Source: Diadema antillarum (Eukaryota). From it: a stretch of DNA of 64,000 nucleotides. The notes under the pieces are model-generated. The model searched no databases. It saw only the letters and a program-made list of their open reading frames with translations, and was not told the DNA's origin. The translations under genes and the position numbers were made by a program. Location: assembly GCF_040938485.1 (NCBI RefSeq), contig NW_027270904.1, positions 2,480,001-2,544,000 of the forward strand. Reading direction: 5' to 3'. The first letter of the stretch is position 1, and each line of letters opens with the position of its first letter. Shown piece by piece: positions 14,701 through 26,700 of the stretch.

Positions 14701-17700
14701 CAGGAGAGGGTCCTTCTGCTGTCGGCCCTTCCATTGTCGGTCCGTCTCTTGTTGTTCCTTCTGCTGTTGGCCTTTCTGTTGTGGTACTCACTGTCGATGG
14801 CTTTTCAGGTGATGGTCCTTCAGTTGTCGGTCCTTTCGTTGTTGGTCTTTCAGGAGTGGATCCTTCTGCTGTTGGCCTTTCCATTGTCGGTCCTTCTCTA
14901 GTTGGACCTTCTGCTGTTGGCCTTTCTGTTGTTGGACCCACTGTCGTTGGCCTTTCAGGAGTGGGTCCTTCTGCTGTTGGCCTTTCTGTTGTTGTACCCA
15001 CTGTCGTTTGCCTTTCAGGAGTGGTTCCTTCTGTTATCGACCCTTCCATTGTCGGTCCTTCTCTTGTTGGTCCTTCTGCTGTTGGCCTTTCTGTTGTTGG
15101 ACCCACTGTCGTTTGCCTTTCAGGAGTGGTTCCTTCTGTTATCGGCCCTTCCATTGTCGGTCCTTCTCTTGTTGGTCCTGCTGTTGGCCTTTCTGTTGTT
15201 GTACCCACTGTCATTGGCCTTTCAGGAGTGGGTCCTTCTGCTGTCGGCCCTTCCATTGTCGGACCTTCTCCTGTCGGTCCTTTTGCTGTAGGCCTTTCTG
15301 TTGTTGTTCCCACTGTCGTTGGCCTTTCAGGAGTGGGTCCTTCAGTTGTCGGTCCTTCCGTTGTTGGCCTTTCAGGAGTTGCTCCTTCTGTTGTTGGCCC
15401 TTCCACTGTTGGTCCTTCTGCTGTCGGCCCTTCCACTGTTGGCCCTTCCGCTGTTGGTCCTTCTGCTGTTGGCCTTTCAGGTGACGGTCCTTCAGTTGTC
15501 GTTCCTTCTCTTGGTGGCCTTTCAGGAGTTGGTCCTTCTGCTGTTGGCCCTTCCACTGTTGGTTCTTCTCTCGTTGGTCCTTCTGCTGTTGGCATTTCTG
15601 TTGTTGTACCCACTGTCATTGGCCTTTCAGGAGTGGGTCCTTCTGCTGTCGGCCCTTCCATTGTCTGTCCTCTTGTTGGTCCTTCTGTTGTTGGCTTTTC
15701 TGTTGTTGACCCCCCTGTTTTTAAAATCAATCCAAGTTTTACACTTTGAGGAGCTGTTACTCATAACATGTCAATGACACTTTGTTGGCTTTGATTTTCT
15801 ACTCTTTTATACTTTGATATCTTCCTCATTATAACAAGTTATTGTAAATGGTAATTTCGTCGGTCTTATGAAGGTTTAGTGCTACCCAAATATTTTGGAA
15901 TGAAGTATAAAAGATAAATGCATTTCTAAATACATTAATTTTGTAGTAATTTCTGAAATATGTCAAATGATATAGATAGAAATTATAAGTATGGCATCAT
16001 TCTTGTTATCTCTGTATTTCTAAATATGCCAACACGCAGCAGCTTATACCAAATATATAGATATACATAGATACATAAATATGTATATTTATAATATACA
16101 TATGTAATATATATATACATACATATATATACATATATCTGAAGCAATAAATTGGCAAATCAAGATATTCCTGACCACATGATCTTACTTGCACTCATGG
16201 TCACTCCTGAGGATGAGTTAGACCTCGGTCCTGTTCCTCCTGGACCCTCCCTGACCGCTGCTACACTGACCTCGTATTCAGTGTCTGGATTCAGACCAGT
16301 CAATGTAGCAGATGTCGTTGAGGCTAATACCTTTGGTCCAGTAATCCATTTTTCATCAGGAAGCCTGTAATACGTGATGTATTCTGTGAGGGGTGGGTCT
16401 CCAACACTTGTCTGCTCACTCCAAGCCACCCACTCAATGGTAAGAGAGGTGGATGTTGATGCAGTAACTACTGGAGCAGCTTCAATTACAGGCAGAACTA
16501 TGAAAGAAATATCGCAAAATAAGAAAGGGAATTACACAAAACACCGATCTCGACCCATATCGGACCAGATTGGGTGCTAGTGCGTGATCGTGCCCTGGAC
16601 TGATATGGGCTGAGAACTACACATCCTGCCATGCTCATGTACATGCACATTGTATAAACTTAAGGCTATCTCGTCTATACATAAATGCAATTTGTCAAAA
16701 GTTGCTACAGCTCTATCATAATATACAGAAATCCCGAAAGTTCATCAAAAAAATTATCATTCTGATATTTCAGAACATTTCCTTACCGTACGTGACTGCA
16801 GAGACACTGAGGCTCGCCCGGTTTCCATATAGGGCACATTCATATTCTCCAGAAGTCACTCGATCAACTGAGAATACTACCATACGCCTATCTCCAGACG
16901 CATTCAGAGAACTCTGATTTTGACTTATGCCATAGTCATTTCGCACGCCATCAGTGAGTTGGTAGAAACTGACATCTGTTACGTCAGCTGGTGGATCTCC
17001 TTCAACAACACAGGTGAATGATGAAGGCTGGTTTGGATTAACTCTGACATTCACATAGAGGGCGTAGATCCCTGAAAGGAAATAAAAGTGTTACATTCAC
17101 ATGACAGCTACTCCTAGTCTCTTAAGCCCTTTTTACACTTGTGTTACTTAACCCCGGACTTTCTCTGACCCAGGACTATCGTCCCGTACCAATTTTTTCA
17201 GCTTTTTACACTCGCCAATTAGTCCAGTACTATCTCTAGTCCGGGGCTAAGGAGAAAACTGACCTTTTTACACTCGTATTTCTTAACCCCGGACTTTCCA
17301 AACCACATGAATATTCATGATTACGCTGTGTACTGTACACGCACACGCACGCACCGGCAGCACTTGATTACCTCCTTTCTGATTGGTCAGCGAGGGTCGG
17401 ACTTCGTCTCCGTCGCTTAGCCGAGGATTATTTTTTCGTTCTGTTTACACTCACTTGCTTGGCACCGCAATTGCGGTGCTAACCCTGCTATTTTGCAGGG
17501 CCAGATAGTACCGGACTATCGGTGGGGCTAGCCAACTTTGGCAAAAACGAGTGTAAACAGAAAGTGGGCTAAGGATAGTCCCGTACCAACGATGGGGCTA
17601 AGGCCCCCCCCCCCCCCCCCCCTTAGCCCCACCGTCGGTACGGGACTAAGCAAAAATTTACAAGTGTAAAAAGCCCTTTAGTACATCAATTCTAAACACA

Positions 17701-20700
17701 TTTTCTTCATATTCTTGTGCCAACTGTTTCATTTCGAAATTAATCTGAGAACATTTACACGTTTCCCTATGATATCATATGTGAGGAAATTTTACAGCGG
17801 CATTTTCGAACACATGCGATTCTGCAACATCAATAATAATAATAATAATGATAATGATAGTTGCAGATATCATGCGACTACTGCACTACTTCTACTTATA
17901 CTATTAATAATGAGAATAGTAACAACAATGGCTATGTGAGACACTAAAACAATGATTTGGTCCTATTACCCACGGAGGCCTATTTAGTGTCGTCATTGCT
18001 GCACTAGATGGCGCAACCATATCTGACTATGCTGATATTTCCAGGAACCTTGTTGAGATACCTGCTTCAAGACAGACGAAGAACATGCTCAAGAATGACT
18101 ACAATAGGATGGATTTGAAATATCCACAATGATGGTCTAATTAAAACTACTACGAGTGTTGCACTCCCTACATTACCTTCTTGACAATCTCTCTCCACCC
18201 AGTTTGGTAGACACTGTCCTCTACAGATTCCCGACACTTTGTCACAAGTGCTTTCATCACAGGGGCATGACTCCACACACCCAAGGCCATAGAACGCTCC
18301 TTGGCATTCTGTTAGATTATGCAGGGAAATAAAGACTGATCAACTAATGTCAATTACTTGCATAAAATTATCACAGCTAAAGAAAGAAGCGTTGTACCGT
18401 GAGTATATTTCCAAACAGTGATGGATTGACTACTCTTCCTATTTGAAAATAAGTCTCGCACATATCAAATGCATACCTGTGTCCAGTGTCACTTTATTCA
18501 CTCATTATATTTTAATATCTTTCTTACGGTTTTCGTATAAAGCCGTGACAATGAAGAGATCAGTTACATGGCCGTCATAAGTAATGTGCAAAGGGGAAAA
18601 ATAAGATCAAAACAAGACAACTGCTTAAAAAGTAGAATCTACTAAAATTCAGCTTATTTACTTCTTCCCCAGAGGATTTGCGTATTAAAATTAACGGTAG
18701 GAAGAAGCAAGGTATTAAATGTGTATGTATGAAACTGACAAAAGAAGATTTTCATCGCAAAATGGGCTTATTGCTATTTTTAGGCAAATCCATCGTCAAA
18801 TAGAGCGAAAAAAACTTTTGCAGTGATAAAATTCATAAAATTAGAGTAAGGGATATCCCGTATTTTCTTTCAATTCTCGTTGTTTTCTGCAGCTTTGATC
18901 GCAAAAATCTCAACTTAATGAAAATTGAGTTGGGTCGTTGTACGATGAAACTCTTGAAATGTATGTAAAAATGGATCACGTGACTAGAGAGAGTTACATG
19001 AACTAAGACAGTTCAGTATACTATTACCCTGACAGTGAACGTCATCATCATAGATGTTGAAATAGAGGGCGCACCGCTGATTCGGACACTCTCCTGTTAT
19101 CTTGTCACATGGTGCGTCATCCAAACAATGACATTTATCTGTACAGTCAGTTCCGTAGTAGCCGTCATCACACGTGTCCGGGACTGGAAAATGTATAAAC
19201 AAATAAGGCATAGAAATATCAATTTTATGTTTTGTGTTACTTGTGTTTCTTTCTTTTGAGGTAAAGAATCTGAGAAAACTCTTCTATTGAGCAAGTTACG
19301 TTTTCAAAAGATAGCTGAAAAACTCATGAAATGTGCGACCGTTCCTGTACTTAAAGGTCCTGATTACCCTTGTGAGCAGTGGAAAAATTCAAGATATCAC
19401 ATTTGATGCATATGTGTAGGTCCGTTGTATCAGAAAACATCCTACCATATAAAATATTTGCAATAAAGCATAAAATATAAGGAGATATCAGTTTTTTTTT
19501 CTCATTAAACCGTAAATGTAGATGGTTTGGTCTTGAAACATTTTTATTATAACTACATTTGTATTGTTCACAATATTTATCTAACAATAATCAATATCGA
19601 TTACAGGGATTCAAATTTCAACAGTGGTTGTTTCTAGCCATAACTTACATTTCAGATTCATTTCAAAGCATCAATGCTGGGTTTTTGTTTCTTCTGCATA
19701 TGGTAAATAATTATTATGCCTTAAAGCGTTGAAGAAAATAGTGACGTGATTCTTTATGATCTGATGATCTTTGGACATCATTTTTTTTTCATTTCTGCCC
19801 AAATTTCGATGTTTCCTGTAAAGCTGATTTCCCATGGTGAAAAATAGCAACGATATATACATATATTTGTACATATATGTATAGCCTCATCCAGAGGGCC
19901 TTTAATATCAATTTCTACTTCTTAATATCCATTTATGTGGTTTTGATTATATTTGATCTTTAAGGTTCAGTAAAAAATTCACTCTGCAGGACACCAAAAC
20001 TTTTAGTAGCGATCATTCATTAGTTCCTATAAAAAGTTTATTTTTTATTAAATATATATTTTTTATCAAATAAACATTAAAAACAACTATCAGAGTGGAA
20101 ATACGGCCAAACACATTACTTTCTACGTAGGTTGATATTGTTGCAACTTTCATGGAGCGATAGTTGATTTCTCTATTTATTCTTATGAGTTGTTTTTTTT
20201 AACGTATTTAGTTTACTTGTTTATTTCTGTCAACATGGATGTAATATAGCAAAGTTGAAAAAATACTTTACTATTATTTTTTATTTTTCATTTTTCATTT
20301 TATTCTATCTAAACTGTATATATATTGATGACACTGGAAATGAAGGAAGGGGAGGTTTCAATACTCACTTTGACAATTTTCCCCGGACCAGGTTGTCTGA
20401 CAGTCTGTTATAGGTGTTCCCGAAGAGGCTACACAGACTCCAGAATATCTGTTACATAGCCCAGACTGACAGTGACATGTTTGACTGCACCCAGCTCCAT
20501 ACGTTCCGCTGCTACAATCTTTGTAAAGTAAGAGGAAAAGAGGTGAACAACAACAACAACAAAGTCCTAAAAGTTCTCAGATAAAAAAATCATTATTATA
20601 TGGGATCTTCTGTATCTTTCGAGTTGATTGTAACCTTTTTATTTTGAAATATGTCACATGAGAAGTGGCTCGATATCAGTAATTGAATTGTGATATCAAA

Positions 20701-23700
20701 TTCAATTAATCCTTGTCTATTCATAGATTACTATGATGGTTCACTATTGTTGTATACTCTATTCAATTCACATTGTCTTGTTTACATTATTGTTTGTTAT
20801 AAAAGAAAGTGAAATGTATGTTGTCTGTCAAAAAATGAAAATAAATTTGAATCGAATTGAATTTGATAAATCAAAGTTTGCTGACTGCAGTCTTCAATAG
20901 ACTCCCATGACAATGTTTTTTTACCTGTATCACAGTTGATTCCTTGTCTTCCTGTGTCACAAGAACACCCAAAGGGATCAGGCAGGCAGAACTGAAAAGG
21001 ACTACAGGTGTCAGCTGGATCATTGTTATTGTATGTACATCTGAACTCACAGTTTGGTCCAAATCGATTTCCTCCATTGACTCTACAGACTAAAGAAGAA
21101 ACCAAAAGCACACCAATATACATGATATATTTCAAACACGTGTTTATAACTATTGATTGAATCAATGAAATACTGATTTAAAACAAAAATTTTCTGACTT
21201 GTGTATTCATAGACCATACATGCATTCCCTAAACTGAATCAAATATTTCCAGGAACATCCAATGCTGTTGGATCCAGTTTCCATATATTGCTTTTAGGGT
21301 ACCCGCCTACTATCTCTATCTCTACTAGCTCCAAAATTACTGACCTGCAGTAACATGCAGTAGAATCAATTGAGGAAACAAATTCTGACAACTGGCCGGT
21401 CAACGTTAGATCCCTTACCGTGAAAATAATTGTCATTACTTTGTCTAATTCTAACGAAATTATCATGGTTATTTTTCTTTATTTCATTCTTTCTGTCACA
21501 GCAAAAGTAAAACTAACCGTGAAATTTGCATCGCTTTAGAAAGATAGTTTGATTATTCATTAAGAAATGACCTGTATATCCCTTTGCGGCTACAATTTCT
21601 TCAAGATTACATACCTTCCGTGGAATATCAAGCATTTATTATGAAGAGCTTTATCACAAAACGAGCTAACTCCATTCCTGTTAAGTTGAGATATTTGTCA
21701 TTGAAGCTGCTAAAAAACACATAAAATGATAAGATAATAAAGAATATTTTTAATCATAATTTCTAGAATATTCCTTGTCATGTAACAAGTGAGGTATTAC
21801 TGGGAAGGTTTCATTTTGCTGATGATGGACTTACTTTGAAGTGTTTGAAAATGGCGCCTAGCTCATTTTGCAATAGAACTCTTCATATTTTCAATCAATC
21901 TTTATTAAGCGGAAAATTTCCTGATAAAATGAAAGTCGCTAGAGTTGTTCCTATATACAAAAAGGGTCCTAAAGAACATGTTAATAATTATCGCCCGATA
22001 TCTCTTTTAACTTCAATTTCAAAAATTTTGGAAAAGCTTGTTCATAAAAGAACTCTTAGATTTCTTATTAATTGTAATATTCTTTCGAATTTTCAGTTCG
22101 GTTTCAGAAAGCAACACAGCACAACCCACGCTTTATTGGCTTTTATTGATAAAGTGGCACGTGCTCTTGACGATGCTTCACACACCATCGGTGTTTTTAT
22201 TGATTTCTCGAAGGCTTTTGACACGATATTCTCCTTTATTACGGCATTCGCGGGACGGCTTTAGAATGGTTTAGAGATTATCTTACTGATAGAAAGCAGT
22301 ATGTTTATCTTAATGGTCATGAGTCCTCAATGAAATCAATTACATGTGGTGTCCCCCAGGGTTCCCTACTCGGCCCGCTACTATTCATCTTGTACATAAA
22401 TGACCTCCAAAATTCATCAGAGATTCTTTCTTTTATATGCTTTGCAGATGACACAAATTTATTTCTTTCATATCGTAATTCTAATACGCTTATTCATATG
22501 TTAAACAGCGAATTGAAACTTGTTCAATCCTGGATATATGCCAACAAGTTATCACTAAACATTGATAAAACATATTATATGCTGTTCAGTAACTCTTTGC
22601 AATTTATTCCTGGTCATGTCCAAATTAATGGCATTAATTTAACGAAGGTTGATAGTGTTAAGTTTCTAGGACTGTATATTGATAGCGATTTATCTTGGAA
22701 GTCTCACATCAACTTTTTAACCAAAGTTTTATCTAGGAATGCAGGAATTCTAAATAAACTGAAAGATTACTTCCCCACCAATATATTGCAAATTATATAC
22801 TCGACTATGATTTCCCCTTACCTCAACTACGGAATACTGGCATGGGGTAACACCAGTCTTTGCTTGACTCGCTCTTTCTCTTACAAAAGCGCGCTATTAA
22901 AATAATTAGTAAGACTGGGTATCTATCTCATACAGATGAATTTTTCCAGAAGAACACAATTTTGAAATTGTCAGATTTGTTTTATTACAATTTAGGGATA
23001 TTCATGTACAAATTATCCAAAAATGATCTTCCTGATATTTTTTTGCATATGTTTAAAAGAAATTACTCTATTCATAACTATCCCACCCGCCAACGTGACG
23101 ATTATCACCTACCACGTACCCGAACCATTTTTGCGAAAAAAACAATTATGTATACAGGGCCGAAGTACTGGAACGATCTCCCCATAGAACTCGCAGGTTG
23201 TTTGTCTTTGTCGACCTTCAAATACAAATTAAGACATAATTTATTGAATAATTACATTGCGTAAGTCCATTGAAATTTCCTTCTTTCTTGTTTATGTGCC
23301 TTTTCCTGCTGTGTTGGTTGTTGTTATTCAAATCAGTTAAGCCTCTCTGTTTGCGCTCTTAAAGGGGAAGGCTAGTAACTGATCAGTGGGAATCAGTGGA
23401 AATGCTGGGAGATGATTGTTCCAATCCTTATGGGATTCATTCAAGAGTTCATTGTATATCTATTGTTGTGTGAAAGTGATTTGCTTCAGAACGGTCTCAT
23501 ATTCAAGTAATGTGCAGATTAATGCTCCGTCACTGACCAGGGACGCTAACCTGGAAGCATTAAACGGCACATTACTTGAATATGAGACCATTCTGAAGCA
23601 AATCATTTTCACACAACAATAGATATACAATGAACTCTAGAATGAATCCCATAAGAATTGGAACAATCATCCCCCAGCATTTCCACTGATTCCCACTGAT

Positions 23701-26700
23701 CAGTTACTAGCCTTCCCCTTTAAATTCCTTCACACCAGTACCCCTTTTGGTACCCTAAGACCTCGGAACGCGTGAACAGCTGGCTTGTTGTATTCCCCTC
23801 AGTGCTATACTGGCTGGTAATTCTAATTAATTCCAAATTTTCTTTGAATGTTAGTACTTGTATGTTCACTCTTTAGGTTTCCCGTATCTCCTCCGAGGAC
23901 TCGCATGTCGAGTTGTTCTCTTTTCACCATTATTCAAATCATACTGCTACACTATTGTCAACATTGTTAAATCAACTGTTCTTACATCTGCAGAATGTGG
24001 TTGTCTGTATATCACTATTAATGTATTGAGAAGATTCTGTTAGTGCACCAGGTATTTTTGCCTTTCATTTTTGTTTCTCTTTATTTTGGTCCTACGTTGC
24101 ATCCGTGCTCCTCATCTTTACACTCTGTTCAGAATTTGGGACCTACGCTTAACAAGCTCGCTTTTAAGTAGGTTCCGTCATTTTTCTTTCGCGTTATACA
24201 TAGAACCAAACGTACGATGATTGACCACTATATGTTTTATATTCTTACATTAATTTACTGTACATCCAAGCCGGATCTACCGAACAAAAAATCCAGTGAC
24301 GGGGGTAAGCTACCTCTGAGTCTGTTAAAAGCCGTTTCTGAGTATGTCATTGCACCATTAGCCTTTATATTCAATTTGTCCTTTAAAACTGGTAAAATTC
24401 CGACTTCACTGAAATGTTCAAAAATCATCCCTATTCATAAAAAGGGGAAGAAGACAGATGTCAATAATTATCGACCAATCTCCATTCTGCCGACCACTGT
24501 GAAGATGCTTGAAAAGATTGTGTACAATCAGGTTTACTCCTATTTGCATTCAGTAGACGCCATTAACAAAAACCAGTCAGGTTTTCGCCCACAACATTCA
24601 ACAATGACCACGCTATTGAAGGTTACAGAAGACTGGCTCTCCTCTATGGATGATGATAGAATGACAGGAATGGTTAGTGTAGACTTAAGAAAAGCCTTTG
24701 ATACAGTGGACCACGCCATACTTGTAGACAAGCTGCGAATGATTGGCATGGCTCCCCATGCCTGTGAATGGTTTAAGGATTACCTCAGCAATCGCACACA
24801 ATATACTGAGGTGAATGGGTTTCAATCGAAATCACTTAGCGTAACATGTGGAGTCCCCCAAGGGTCCAATCTTGGCCCACTTTTGTTCACAATCTATATC
24901 AATGATTTGCCTAACTGCTTACAACGTTCATCGGTTGCATTATATGCTGACGATACGTGTATTTATGTGTCTGGTAAAAATGTAAAACAGATGGAAGAAA
25001 ATTTAAACCATGATATGGCCTGTATTGCAGATTGGCTTATATGTAACCGATTAGCCCTTAATTTGGAAAAATGTGAAACTATGTTAATAGGATCTAAAAA
25101 AAAAAAAAAGTTAAACATGTGAATTTGAATGTGATTGTAAATGACGTTAGAATAACTCAAGTTCCTTATTGTAAATATCTCGGTGTGTATATTGATCAGT
25201 CACTAGACTGGAGCCATCATATTGAACATTTGTGTAAACGCATTATCAGAGATTTGTATCTGTTAAAGAGAATAAGACATTTTATATCAGTTGAAACAGC
25301 TGTTACATTCTATAAATCCATCATTCAAAGTAACTTTGACTATTGTGATGTTATATGGTCAAATGTTAATCAGAGTTATATTCAGCGTCTTCAAATTCTT
25401 CAGAATCGTTCTCTAAGAGCAGTGTTGCAGGTGAATTCGAGATACCCAACTAATTTGTTATACTCACAAATTAATGTTGACACACTTGAGATGAGAAGGA
25501 AAAAACATATGTTGTGCACAATGTATAAAGTCGCTTATAATTTAACCCCTAAATACATAAGTGAAATGTTTGAGTTGAAAATTTTTGATTATGATTTAAG
25601 GAATACAACGCTGATATTCAAGTTACCATACATCAAAACCTGCTTTAGGCAAAGGAGTTTTAGTTATCAAGGTCCAAAATTATGGAATACATTGCCAACA
25701 TGCGTAAAACAGCAAACAATTTTTAGCGGTTATAGACGGAGTTTGAATTTGTATCTGACACCACAGTGATATTGTACCCATAACCCATCTTTTTTTTTTT
25801 CAAGTAAACCAAGCATGTATTCATTTTTTTTTTTAATGTAAACATTTTTTTCTTCTAATTTTGTTCTGATTTGTTTCGTCTAATTGTATTTTGTATATAT
25901 GTTTCATGTACATGTGTATATGTTTTGAAAAAAAAAAGTATGTCATTTTTACCTCATGATGCACGGACATGAGGAAGAACAGCCGTCTGGCTGAATCATG
26001 TGCCGTGTTGAAATAAATAAATGAAATGAAAATGAAATGAAATGATTCACTATGTTTTTATTATATTTGATGTACATTCCTTCATTGAGAAGTATGAAAA
26101 TAAATTGAAATTGAAATTGAAATTGAATATATTCATTCCATTCCATTTCAACTAGGTGTATACTATTTGTGAAGTGAGACACCTTCCTGATGATGTATAC
26201 TTACTCTCCAAACAGTTTGGTCCTCTGAAATTGTTTGGACATATACACCTGCCCGTCTCGTCATCACAAATTCCACCATTGTAGCAATTGTCACATATTC
26301 TGATGCAATAAGGTGGACCCCATTTACCAGCTGGACAATCTGCAAACAGAAAAAGAAATATGTATGTTGCATCTGATTGAGCTTTATGGTAGAAAACAAA
26401 ATAAGACAAAAATATACGGTATCCTTACTATCACAAAGGGTAATGAAGTTCATAATATCATGTACAACTCTTATCTAAGCAATGACCTTCACAACCTTCT
26501 GAGGGGCACAGGTCATTATTTGATATTTGAATGAATTTTCAAATGCAGTGATGTTAAATTCAACCCCAGCACAGCAGCGGACGTAGTCAAGAAAATTAAG
26601 ACATAAACTATGTGCACTCATAGTTTTCTGTTTTGTTGCTTGATATCAACTTTACATCATAACATATAGCTCCAGTGATTTACCTCGAACAATCAATTTG

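Noticed and set aside
11292-15777. Plus-strand 1,485-aa V/G/P/S ORF and several Leu-rich ORFs, plus minus-strand Q/K-rich ORFs
   Set aside because: These are shadow frames of the 15-nt mucin repeat. The long one has no in-frame ATG, and only the PTxEG frame has matching splice sites and phases.
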